Counted from the stretch's first letter, positions 34,081 to 45,783 are shown. The stretch is 46,932 nt of DNA from Nemertoderma westbladi (GCA_032718475.1 JAUCBJ010006164.1:1-46932), one strand, 5' to 3'. Notes: generated by a model from the sequence alone, not told the origin. Made by a program: numbers and translations.

Positions 34081-34893
34081 TCCCAAATTATTGGCTTTTT
34101 CCCTTTCATCATTCAGTTTCAAACATCCAGTATCTGGTAGTCTGGTAGTAGTCAGTAAGGATTTCATCTACTAACACACTCACTTTATGATTTTAATGCT
34201 TCTTTATAGATGAATTAGATGGTTGAATTAGAATTAAATTAGGTGAATTATAAATAACAAGACAGGTATCCGCATTATTAGCCTTATCTACTGTATCTAA
34301 CATAAATGACTCATATAAAATTTGATATTACCAGAAACCACCCCCATTGGTACCTTATACACCTTTATATAATAATTTGTTTATGTTGGTGTTGGGGGTG
34401 CAGCATTTTTTACATTATGTTATATATATGCGAACTCTTAATTAAAGGACCGGGCCATCCCGGATTGGTTGAATAACACTATCGCAATCTTACTTTAAAA
34501 AAATATGTTACCTATTCAAATGGCCATTATGGCTCGTTCTGCACGCTGTTTTTGGCGCCTTCGGGTCTGCGTATCGGGGCTGCTCGGGTGGTGTACGTGT
34601 GTGTGTGTGTGGGTTATTGGGGTGTATGTGTGTTGTGTTTACGTATGTGTGAGACATATTATTTACATTTATATTACTTACAATATTTTCTGTTGAGCGT
34701 TTAGATTATCATATATTGTGTACCGGTGTTATTGCTTGTATATATATATGGCAACCGGCCCTCATCAGCCACTATATTGGCTTGTTGTTCATTTGCTTTC
34801 GTGTTGACTAAAAGAAATGTTAAACGAAGTCATATTTATATATATATATACTGTATATTTATGTTTTATAATAATTCACAATTTTATGTTTAG

Positions 34894-35147
34894 TTAACAT
34901 CGCTTCTGGAAAATTAACCGGTCAAAGTAGTAATTATGGTTATGGTGGAGATTCTGCTCTGGCAGTAGATGGAAATTTGGATGGAACATGGGTCCATGGT
35001 TCATGCTCGCACACTTGTTTAACCCCGAATGTTTGCAAGGACTCCATTGCATGGTGGTGGGTGGATTTAGGTGACACTATACCAGTTGGTGAAGTACAGG
35101 TCTATAATCGAGATGACTGCTGTGAGCACAAGTTAATTGGGGCGAAG
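34894..35147 (+). CDS. ShKT x3 / F-type lectin gene, exon 5 (F-type lectin domain, N-half)
   Basis: TTTAG acceptor, GTGAGT donor, phase 1-0; NIASGKLTGQSS...ALAVDGN...GSCSHT...WWWVDLG...VQVYNRDDCCEHKLIGAK, containing the fucolectin H...RxDxxxx(R/K) and hhDGx motifs. Confidence 0.92.
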
Positions 35148-35751
35148 GTGAGTTAATTGGAGCTAGGCTTCAGCCAACATGTGTTTACAGCAGATCTGGT
35201 AAAGTGATAGTTGGACAGTCAAACAAACATAAATTTGGAAAATACTCTATACAAAAGTATGGTAGTGATTTGCGGCCACTTTACTCTTTCTCCTTTTTGA
35301 AACAGCTGCACAGATTTTACTCTTTATATTTTTATTAAAGAATCACATTTCCCTTTTTACATTTCTGAAAGTTTCACATTTTACTCTTTCCTTTTTTTAT
35401 ATCACAGATTTTACTCGCTATCCTTTTTGCCAACAGAATGTCAGTGTCACATTACCTGTACCGTGCTGGTAGTGCAGTACCAGTAGGTTTTGAATGAGTT
35501 AGTTCGCAGTTAATTATCTGAGTGCCTATGCTGTATGCTGCAAGTTCAGACTGTCAGAAGTTGTCAGTTGCCCTTCCTCTCCACTTGGCTGTGAGTATTG
35601 TATTACTACAAAGTGCCGTATATATAACGTACTATATAAGGTTGATAGGTAGGCCATGTACTACTCCCGTACTTGTTAATTACCGGTAACTGCAGAACTG
35701 TTGCCTTTATTGGTTTATGGATGGATGGATACCGATCCGCATCAAATTAAT

Positions 35752-36074
35752 CTCCAAGGTTCCACCTTGGTGTAGTGGTCGCATTGAATTCACATCTCCT
35801 GCAGGTCGTGGGTTCGTTCCTCACATGGGCCAGGGCAGTTTTCATTTCGGCAAGAATGCTTTAAAGGGACCAGCCAGGGCGCATCTCTGCCTTGCATCCT
35901 TTAGTGGTAGCTAAATGAGTACTGGAGTTTGCTCTGGGGAGTAAAGTTCTGGGGGGACCGCAGTGGAAATAAGTCGTCAGACTTTGTGCGTAATCCCTGG
36001 CCTAACGGCCGAAGAAAATTTACTTTACTTTTACTTTACTTTAAGGTAGAAGGCTTCTATATTCAAACCTTCGC
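35752..36074 (+). mobile_element. tRNA-derived SINE
   Basis: A box TGGTGTAGTGG (35768-35778), B box GGTTCGTTCC (35811-35820), (ACTTT)n tail ~36018-36043, candidate 12-bp TSD CATCAAATTAAT (35740-35751, 36075-36086). Confidence 0.75.
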
Positions 36075-36839
36075 CATCAAATTAATAATATAATATCTGA
36101 TATTAATACCAGAACGAGACATGATGGTGGTGATGCTGAGCCTGGCATTATTGATGATACCTGCTCCTGGTTGACATTAATACTGCTTCTAATAAATAAT
36201 GCCAATACTTCACCTGCTATCTGTTGTCTAAATAAGACTCAATTACATGGGCTATCTCATTACCACCATTGGGTGTAGCTGGTACTGGTACACGGACCGG
36301 TACTGGTAGTGGGAGACGTTCTGGTGTTAGGACAGAAACTACAAGACCTACCAGCAATACCTACTGCTATATAAACTTTAAGACCATGGTTGATAAACGA
36401 GGAACTGGTAAGTATAGTGATGTGCGGATTATTAAAAGTCCACTTGGTGAAGGAAGCGGTCTACGACTTTCCCTTTCTATCAACTCAAGTATTGACATTA
36501 TAACTTCCAGTGTTGCTGATGTGATATTTTCAAAAAAAAATAATTCGAGTAAGCAATTTAAGGAACTAAATCTGCCATTTCATCGTAATGATTACACCTT
36601 TAGTTTAATTTCAAAATCTTCGAGAGTTTTGTAAATCCAAGGCGATCTCATCTTGGAGAATAAAGCCCATTTTTCTTGCAAGTTTAATCAGTCAACCAAT
36701 CTAGATTCAAGATCCAATAGGGTCCAATAGGGTTCCAATAAGTGCGGTATCTAGTCCCTTTGTTTGGTCATCATTACCAACTACGTCTACCTCTACCAAT
36801 ATAGTTGAGATGGATGTAAAGCGTTGGATGGATAAGCAG

Positions 36840-38700
36840 TAGGGTGTGTCAAAAAAAATTTATTTTCGATAATAAAGTTTTCCTATCAGAAATGGGATGC
36901 CAAATTTATTAAAAATAACTACAAAACAAATGAAAACTTTTAATTTTTACATTTGACCCCCGCACGAGCCAACTTTGTTTCGAACGTTTTTTCGAAAATT
37001 TAATTTTTTGGAAAATTTTTTCCTTCGATATTTCAACTTTCCCATATTTTATAGCATTCACGGTTTATTAGTTATGTGTAAGAAATGATAATTTTCCAAT
37101 TTCACATATGTTCTACCCCCGCACCTAGCCACCAAAGTAGGTCGTCGCTTACTCAACAAATAATAGGCTTATCTGCAATATTATAATATTAAGCGGGAAA
37201 TTTGAAACGGAAACGTTTCTGATTTATTCATAAAACGAAATAGTAATGTGCACCGGTAGGCCTATGCCTTTTCATACTTCACTACTAACTAATGTGCTAG
37301 TGTCTTACGTAGAGTAAATTAGATCTGTCAAACTAGTTGTTAATAATTATTACTATGCTGCGATCTAAAACTACTTATGATTTTTTTGGTGTCTCATTAG
37401 AATTAAAGGGCTCGGTTTTACCAACCGGATTACAATGTATGAAACATGTAATATTTCTGCGCGAGCAGAAAGTCAATGGGGTCACAAATACAGACGAGGA
37501 ATGTCGTAGTTGCGCTGCTTCAGTTCTTCAAATTTGGGCAATGGCAGGAATTCCGGCAGTTTCCTCGGTGACTCGTCTTGGTAGTCGCATCAAGGAACTC
37601 TTTGATCGTAGTCGTAAACTTAAAAAAATTCCCGTTTCTCGCAGAACCAATTTGGCGGTCAAACAACAGTTTGCCAAATATGAAGCGGAATTGTCTAAAC
37701 TATTGGATGTGGCCGTTTGTAAATGCGATTTTGAAAGTAAATGTCTGTGTAAGCCGAACGACAAAGTCCCTGAATGTGAACGAAACTTCTTATTAGATCA
37801 ACGCGGTCAACGAATAATGATAATTTCCAATGCGGTAGATGTTACTGAATCGAAAATACGAGCGCAAAGGAGGAAGCGTAATGAACGTACTATGTCTGGA
37901 GTCTCCCATACTAGTTGCGTATCCCTGGGCGATAGTGCTATTTTAGACAGTGGCACAGATAGCGATAATAATGAAGCAAATTCTGAATTATCCTGTTGCG
38001 AAAACTCATTGGAGAAGGTAATATTATACCAACCAACAACATCCACTCCAATTTCTAAAAGACTTCGTCTAACAAACGTTGCAGAAATCTCTGATAGGTA
38101 TAATCTTAGTAATCGCGCTGCTGCTGCGGTTTACAATTCAGCAATATGTGACTCCGGGTCATCGGCAGATATTGTTGATCATAATAAGATCAGAAGAGAG
38201 AGGCAGAAACTTAGACAAAATCTACAAATCGGATGCGGTTTAATTCAGCCCATTGGCTTGTATTTTGATGGACGTAAAGACCCCACCCTAACTGATGGAG
38301 GGCGGCAGATAATTAAAGAAGAGCATTTCGTGCTTGTTGGGGAACCTGGCTCTGCCTATTTAGGCCACGTGGCTCCGGTGACAGGAGCATCAGCTGATGT
38401 TACTTCTGCTATAATGGACTTCATCGATTCCAGTCCGAATATTTCTCTCGAAAATCTTGATGTTGGTAAGTTGTTGATATACTAATGTACCAGTATATAT
38501 ACTATGTAGTAAATAAATATTGTAAATAAATAAATAAATAATGTTGGTATGTTGGTGATATACGAATGTATGCTGTAGTAAATAAATATTGTATATAAAT
38601 AACTAAAAAAGTAAATACGAAATTAAAATTCGGAATGTAGGCTACTTTTAAAATTTTAATCTAAAATCGAGAAACGTATAAATATATAAATAATTATATT
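36840..38700 (+). mobile_element. hATm-like DNA transposon, left portion only
   Basis: Begins TAGGGTGTGTC; subterminal CCCCCGCAC repeats (~36957, ~37116); transposase exon follows; no right TIR found in the window. Confidence 0.7.
37355..38465 (+). CDS. hATm-like transposase, first coding exon
   Basis: LPTGLQCM, IWAMAGIP, LLDVAVCKC, FLLDQRGQR, SDRYNLSNRAAAA, VDHNKIRRER, GLYFDGRKD, EEHFVLVGEPGSAYLGH; ends at G|GTAAGT just before the expected CDGT motif. Confidence 0.75.
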
Positions 38701-38792
38701 AGTCAGTGTAAATGTGAAATGAAAATATGGACGTCGGACGTTACAAATTTATGTATATACTGGTTGGTACTTACTGAAATAATAAGGATGTA

Positions 38793-39055
38793 GGACAATT
38801 CGGTCCCGGACAATTCGGTCCCGGACAATTCGGTCCCAGACAATTCGGTCCAGACAATTCGGTCCCGGACAATTCGGTCCCGGACAATTCGGTCCCAAAA
38901 CACTAAATAAATGGGACCGAATTGTCCGGGACCGAATTGTCCGGGACCGAATAGTTCTAGGACCGAATTGTCCTAGGACCGAATTGTCCGGGACCGAATT
39001 GTCCGGGACCGAATTGTCCGGGACCTAATTGTCCGGGACCGAATTGTCCGGTTCC
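38793..39055. repeat. Palindromic 15-bp tandem arrays (foldback MITE-like)
   Basis: About 7 copies of GGACAATTCGGTCCC, a ~16-bp spacer, then about 9 copies of GGGACCGAATTGTCC ending GGTTCC. Confidence 0.9.
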
Positions 39056-39756
39056 TGATAGCAACTTTTTAGTGCTTTTTTTGATATTGGTGAATGTTCT
39101 AGAACATTAGTAGAGATATTTGTTTTGGTAGCTAGTGTTATTTACTTGCTAGAATTTTTTGAAATTTTAAAAATACTGTATTTTTTTTATTTTTGTTATT
39201 GGTAGTGTTCGAGAACATTATTATATATTATTTATTAAGATGTAGCTAGTGTTTTTTTTTACTAGCTAACATTTCCTTGAAATTATAAAAATACCTGTGA
39301 AAACAATGATATTTCAGAATTAGGCCTAAACTGTTGCTGATTATATTAATTACCAACAATATTGATGATATTATAACAGTCCCTGAATGAGATCCAGCTA
39401 ATATCTAGGATAATAATTTAGGCTTGTTAACCAGCCAACAACACATACAGTATACTTACGCAATATATTAAAAAAAATCAGCTTTAAACATTTTAAATAC
39501 ATACTATTACTAGCTAGTAAATAATTCACAAGCTCCATAAAAACACCATAGCTACCATAAATAATAATGTTAACAAAAAAAAAGTAAATTTTTTTATTTA
39601 AAAAAAATACTAGCTAGCAAAAAAAAACACTAGCTACCATATAATAATATATATTAAGGTTCTAGAACATTCACCATTATATAGTACAGTACCAATTAAA
39701 TTTGGTCCCGGACAATTCGGCCCCTACAATTCGGTCCCGGACAATTCGGTTCCGGA
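39056..39756. repeat. AT-rich foldback segment ending in a third 15-bp array
   Basis: TGGTGAATGTTCTAGAAC (~39089) / GTTCTAGAACATTCACCA (~39659) and GTAGCTAGTG(T)nACTAGCTA (~39242) / TAGCTAGC(A)nCACTAGCTAC (~39611) are inverted pairs; 15-bp units at 39704-39756. Confidence 0.75.
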
Positions 39757-40534
39757 CTGGAGATTCCTCCCCAAGAAAGAAGAGTTCCAACTTGGAGGGA
39801 TTGATCCGGAGTCAGCAACGACCTCCCTCGAGGATGACGGACTGGAGGTAGTCCAATACCACCTGGTAGTGGTAAGCAAGATTCCCATCATCCATGTACC
39901 AGACATTAAACCTCGACTGCAGCGACTGGATGAACGAATTCACCATATCGCTAAAAAGCCAAGGTACGTCCGTATCGCCTTGTTGAACTCCTTCCTCAGA
40001 GAGGAGTGTTTTCTCCCCATGGAGGAGAAAGCTGGGCGCTCCGTACGCCGCCAGTGTGGCGTTGTACAAGCTGGGGTAACACTGGTTCACTGTCTCGAGC
40101 ATGAAATCCAGATTGAAGTTAAAGGCATTGCTGAAGTCAAGTTTCAGCAACACACTACCGGGTGTGTTCCGGAAAGAGGAGAGTGCCCTCGCTGCATGGG
40201 CCGCCACTTCGGCACCGAGTTTCGTGCCAATCCCTAGCTACACAGTGCCGTAGGAGGAGGTGCGGGGTCCCTGGGCATGGAAGCTGGAGTACTTCCCCAC
40301 CAATCGCCGCAGAGTGTTGCCAATGGCGATCAGCCGCACCCCACCCTCCGTTTTCGTGAAAGCGAAGAGATTCGCACCATAGAAGGTGGGGCGGATGGTG
40401 AGGGGAGCATTTCCGGAGATGGTGGTATCCAGGAATCCCATGAGACATTGTAGAAGACGGGCTGCGGCCTCTCCGTTGGTGGGGGAGATCAGATCTTTGA
40501 GTGTTTGGGGCCGCAACCCATCTGGTCCTCCAGC
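39757..40534 (-). mobile_element. CRE-clade non-LTR retrotransposon, RT core (inverted segment)
   Basis: AGGPDGLRPQ, KTEGGVRLIAIGNTLRRLVGK, AAHAAR, LKLDFSNAFN, GVQQGD, WYMDDG, GLRINPSK; frameshifted. Confidence 0.85.
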
Positions 40535-42080
40535 GTTTCGACGGGGTCTGTGAGGGAATTAAGGTGCGTCCACTAGAAGACCTGCAGATCCTGGGCGCAC
40601 CAGTTAGGAGACAATGCCATCGTCTCCTGCCTTGATAATAAACTCGCTGACCTCCGGACTATCGCCTCCCGACTCCCTCTCCTCGACTCCCATCACGCCT
40701 TCTTCTTCCTGCGGTGCTCACTCACCATCCCGCGACTTATGTACTTCCTCCGAATGGCTCCATGTTTCGACTTCCCAGAGCTGCAGGAGGAGTATGATTC
40801 CATCTAGCTGAGCACCCTGCAGGAGATCTCTAACACACATCTGGACAACTCCGCATGGGCTCAATCCTGTTTGCCTGCGCGTTGCGGGGGACTTGGATTG
40901 ACCTCAGCTGTGCAGCTCGTACCTTCCGTCATCCTGGTTTCCGCGGCTGCCTGCTCTGGTCTCTCCTACTTCCTCTTTGAGTCTCCAGTGGACGCCCCCT
41001 CCCCCTGCTACAACTGTGCCATCGCTGCATGGTTGGCGGTCCTCGGGTCGTCTGCTGCACCACCACCCACGATGCCACTGCCACCGTCCGTGATGCCACC
41101 ACCCGCGATGCCACCACCACCACCTGCGATGCCACCACCATCACCCACGATGCTACCACCACCATCCTCAATGCCACCACCTCCAACCGCGACACCACCG
41201 CCACCATCCGCAATGCCACCACCTCCATCCGCGACGCCACCACCACCATCTACGACTCCACCTTTCCCCGCTGCCTTCCCACTCGCGGCAACCAAACAGT
41301 GGGCCTTACTGGCCCCAGTCCATGACACCAGGCTAAAAGCCCTGCGGAAGTCCCTCCAACCATCCGGGGTATGAAGGTTGAACTCTCTGGACCACCCCGC
41401 CGCAGGATGCTGGCTTGATGCCATCCACGTCAGCTCTCTGGGACTGAAGCTGATGGACTCGCAGTTCCGGATCGCAGTCGGCACTCGTCTTGGGTATAGG
41501 CTGACCAAGCCCCACAGCTGTGCACAGTGTGGCAAGGATGTTCTGCCGGATGGCCTCCATGGTCTTTCCTGCTCAAGGAGCCACGGCAGACTTCCGTGCC
41601 ACTCAATGTTGAACGACATTGTGCGCCGGGCGCTCATCAGCTGTGGGGTCCCTCCTACTCTTGAGCCACTAGGCTTGTGTAGAGGGGATGGGTAGGTGGT
41701 GAGTGAGGGGGTGAGTAGATTGCATCACCCTGGTCCCGTGGAGCCGCGGGCGGTTCCTCACGTGGGACGCGATGGTGGCGAATCCACTGGCGCCCAGCCA
41801 CCTCGCCCAGACACTATCCGCCGGAGGCTGCACTGCAGAGAAAGCGGAAACTCTAAAGACTCTAAGGGCTACCTCTTCCATCCGGGAGCCTACGAGACCT
41901 TGGGCCGCCCCAGCCCTGAAACATCCGAGTTCCTGGATGAGATCGGGGCAAGACTCCACTCAGTAACCCAGGAGCCCTGATCTCACTGCTTCCTCCTGCA
42001 AAGGCTGGCAATCGCCATCCTGGTCAGCAATGAAGGCCTCCATTATGGGGACCGTGGACCCCTCACTCATTAACAACTAG
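40535..42080 (+). mobile_element. CRE-clade non-LTR retrotransposon, RT thumb + zinc knuckle + restriction-like endonuclease (degenerate)
   Basis: LQILGAP, LPARCGGLG, FRIAVGTRLG, CAQCG..DGLHGLSC, HSMLNDIVRRAL, EPLGLCRGDG, ITLVPWSRG..LTWD, YETLG, LLQRLAIAI. Confidence 0.85.
41058..41270 (+). repeat. 18/21-bp CCA-rich minisatellite, in frame (poly-Pro)
   Basis: Units such as CGATGCCACCACCACCACCTG encoding (MPPPPxA)n. Confidence 0.9.
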
Positions 42081-42715
42081 GGACTCTACGAGGTGGTCCA
42101 TGGTCCCTAATACCCCACCACACCCCACCTGAATTTCTCGCTGTGTATATACACTTCATACAAATACGTCGATAATAGATTTTGAGATATCCTTGATACC
42201 ATGGTTACTCCAAATTACTGTACTACTGTATGTCCTACCCTACAGTACATAGAACACCAAGGCTCAAGAAGCAGACTATAGTAACACATACGTGGGGCTT
42301 TCACGCACACGTAAGTCCAAATAAACCTTTGGTAGAGGAATTATTAGTGGACCTAGTCATTCGCCGCCCCCTAGCGGTCGTAAGATGAACTATAAAAGTC
42401 TGTCTGTGGGTAGAATTTCTAAACTTTTTATATACTACAAGTGTACCAAGTTTGGTTCCATTTCATGAAAGATTGACTGACTTATTAGACTTATTAATGT
42501 TCAATATTGCTGACAACGATGGATGGGTCCAATAATTAAACCCCTACGCTAAGGCTCACCTGGACTTGCGTGGATCACCCCACGCCCAGACATTCAGTAG
42601 TTGTTACTGACTAGATACTGACTATAAGTAACAGTAAGGTACCCTGGTACCGCTGGTTATGCCTAATTAGCATATCAAGCACTACATTATGTTGCCGTTA
42701 TTTCAATATCGCCGA

Positions 42716-43006
42716 TGTAAGTTTGAGAGGGTTGTGGATCTCCGCAATACTATAGTCACCGGATATTGGATCAGGGAGTGATTGGTAATGCAGTCGAAAG
42801 GGAACAAGAACAAGTTGGGTTGAATCATCAATTTTTAATTCTAACCTATCAAGTTCTCTTTGCGCTGATACACACTGATTCTAAATAAATGGGACTCCTC
42901 AATACGCCAATATAAATTAAATATACACAATAATAATAATCAAATGAGTATTTATAATAAGCCTACATTTACGAATTATTTGGTCAGTCAGAATTAATTA
43001 TTTACA
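42716..43006 (-). mobile_element. Candidate LTR (Gypsy-like) with adjacent polypurine tract
   Basis: TGTAA...TTACA termini; on minus, ATTAAA followed by a T-rich tract; G-run (C-run at 43013-43020 on plus) just upstream of the minus-strand TG; GC-rich internal-like sequence continues to ~43800. Confidence 0.45.
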
Positions 43007-44149
43007 TTTTAACCCCCCCCAGAACTACGTTTGATACCCGTCTGTCTGGTCTGTCTGTGTTCGTCACAAGTCGGTCATTGGGACTTCGATAATCCGTCGG
43101 TAGTACGTCGGGTCTATCCCTTGCTTTGCCTAGTGTCGTCACTGTACCACGAATCCCTTTCAGGATCATTGATGCGGTGACTGGCTCCGCTCGGCTGTCC
43201 ATTGGTGTCTGTCGGTCTGCGAGAGAATGCAGCAGTAATGCTGCATATCACTCCCTCGAGTCAGTAAATCATCGACCCATCACCGTACCGCTCACCCCTT
43301 ATCATCCCTTATGGGGTGAGTCCTCAGGCAAGTCAAGCAGCTTAACCTCGGGGTTTGTCAGGCCTAGTGTCACCAGTGTTTTTTCAGGCTCACTCCCACC
43401 AAGCTGACCAGCGACGCTCGGGCGGACCAAGTCCCTCGGTAATGTGGTCGGTCCCTTGTGTACCGCTCACCCCTCGCCATCCCTTTAGGGGGTGGGTCCT
43501 AAGGCAAGTCAAGTGGCTTAGCTCGGTGTCAGCAGTCCCTGTCCCTTTCTCCCACGCTCTGCCTAGTGTCACCCTAGGTCGAATCAAATCCTTTTCAGGC
43601 TCTCCCTAGGCTGGCCAGCTCGGTTTGGGGTCCCCGCCTTTGTGACGCCTAGTGTTACCCTAGCCCGAATCCTCTGCAGGCTCTTGTTAGGCTGACCGGC
43701 GCCACTCAGATATTTGTCCCTTGGCAACCAGGAACTCTACCTGGAGCCGGATTTTACTTGAATCTTGGAATTTGGGCCCCAATAAAGCACTGTGAGTGGC
43801 GATTTTGTGTTTAGTCGTCATTAAAAATCGCCGTAACTATGTTTTTTTTAACTTTTAATCGTAACGGATTTTTACACACCGTCGTTGTGTCCGGGACTTT
43901 TTGGAATATTCGTTCGTAATAGTTTATAATTTTTATATATGACCGGCACCCGATTTGAAAATAACGCGAACACCGTACTAAGCACTCCATGCATCAGAAT
44001 AATATCAATGTGGAGTGCTGTGCACTAATATCAGCAAAAATGTCCTCATTCTAAGAAAAAAGCAATGAAGTCATATATTATGTATTATAAAGCATTGGAT
44101 GTGTCTCATTGCCCCCCCCCCCCCCCCCCCAAGATTGATACTATAACAA

Positions 44150-44360
44150 AGCAGCCTCCGCTTCGCAGGACATTGTTTTGGCTGTTAGTCCAGCATGTGC
44201 ATAATTTTGTGCTTTGGCAGCCTTATGGAGTGAATAAGTATGGTTGGCAGCCCATAACTTGCTTGAGACGCCTCTTAAAGGACACTGGCTTCGGAGATGC
44301 GGATAATATCGCGAAAGTCATGGGGATAGGGAGAGTGGCGGCGCAATTTGGCGGCATACC
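44150..44360 (+). mobile_element. RTE 3' end fragment
   Basis: HNFVLWQPYGVNKYGWQPITCLRRLLKDTG; same family as 24081-24364. Confidence 0.75.
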
Positions 44361-44624
44361 ATTCTTAATACGTACTGCATTAACAGTTGCATTTAACAGC
44401 TAAACTCCAATTTATTTACGTACTGCATGGCAGCATGGTGACACAAAATAATACCTACGAAATAATACAAATCACCTTGATTTATTTATATAAATACAAA
44501 TGGTGATGCACGACTTCAGCATGATACTGATGTCATTAAATGCTATTGGAAAAGACCAACGCATCTCCCCTCAACTTGCTATTTTTAGGTCTTGAATACT
44601 TAATATTTATTTATTTTTATGCAG

Positions 44625-44823
44625 GTTTATGCAACTAATAGCAATGAAATAAAGTACCTAAATGGCCTCGGTTCCAGGGGGGAAAAACCATGTGGAACAA
44701 TAGAAAAAGGTACACCATCGCTAAATGTACTAAACTGCAAAGGAAAAGTTGGTCGGTATGTTGTTATCTTTAGTGGTAATGGAGAGAGTCTGCATGTCTG
44801 TGAAGCGAAGGTTTACACAGCAG
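44625..44823 (+). CDS. ShKT x3 / F-type lectin gene, exon 6 (F-type lectin domain, C-half)
   Basis: TTTTTATGCAG acceptor, GTAGGT donor, phase 0-1; VYATN...KPCG...LNCKGKVGRYVVIF...SLHVCEAKVY matches the GRYV...LxxCEVxV end of F-type domains. Confidence 0.9.
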
Positions 44824-44913
44824 GTAGGTTAAACCACAGCTCCTTCAGATTATGTTAAATCAAATTATGTCATTTCGCAATCATCCCATGATTACTTATT
44901 GTTATGTTTCTAG

Positions 44914-44930
44914 TTTTCTTGTCACTGTAG
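44914..44930 (+). CDS. ShKT x3 / F-type lectin gene, putative terminal exon 7 (VFLSL*)
   Basis: TGTTTCTAG acceptor after a 90-bp intron, in-frame TAG at 44928-44930, AATAAA at 44965-44970. The alternative is read-through to TAA at 44858. Confidence 0.5.
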
Positions 44931-45783
44931 TGACCTGGTCCTAGGATCTGTAAAAATGTCCTCTAATAAACTAAAACTTCAAATGTCCTCATACCACTAA
45001 ATTTGTAATTTGGTGGTATGTTTTATAAAATATTGTGAAACACTGCATGGGAACTGTGCTTAATATTTGACATTACATAAGTAGTAGAAATGCTCTTTTA
45101 TCTTATATTACTTTAGTATTTTTTAATTAACTTGCAGCATGAAAATAATAAAGCCGACTGATACCAAGAAGAACGGTTCTAAGATAAATATCTTCATTGT
45201 GATGTAACTGGATTTATGTGATGATGTGAAAAACAATTTATAATAGCTATAACATTACTTGGTATAAGAGCTTCAATAAAAAATAATTATTTAATTCTAT
45301 TTTTTAAAAGTTATATTTCAAGCAGGATGTAAAATCCTTCTCAAATAGGGATGGTGTGCGAAAAGATTAGTTGGACTAGAAAAAATTGAACAAGGTGTAA
45401 CAAGTTGCCTTGAATCGAGTGGCATGGTGTGTTTATTTGTAAAAAAAAGAGGAAAAAAATGGAGAAATTGCCGTTTTGCAATTGCAGATCTGTCCTCACA
45501 AGTCGGTGGAGCCTTTAAAATGAACCTTATGTTCTATGGAGAGTGATTTTCAATCCATTCCATCAAATACACATTAAATCTCTATAATTTTGCATCTGGA
45601 TATAAATTGAGGACTCCAAATCTCTTGATGGCACATTTACAAATAATACTACGACGGTTTCACTTTGTCAAGTATAATGCACAAATCTGTAACCAGATAT
45701 ATCATTGGAAGTGTCTCATTGGTTCCCCCATGCTTTACACTGAACAATTCCTCCTCCGTATTAGAAGACATTTCTTTCACTGT

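Noticed and set aside
35761-35830. tRNA gene
   Set aside because: A and B boxes are present but there is no convincing cloverleaf; it continues into a SINE body and tail.
36269-36634. 121-aa ORF in intron 5
   Set aside because: TTG start, low complexity, no domain or splice support.
40929-41637. Gly-rich, Val-rich and Thr-rich ORFs
   Set aside because: Shadow frames of the CCA minisatellite in the CRE element.
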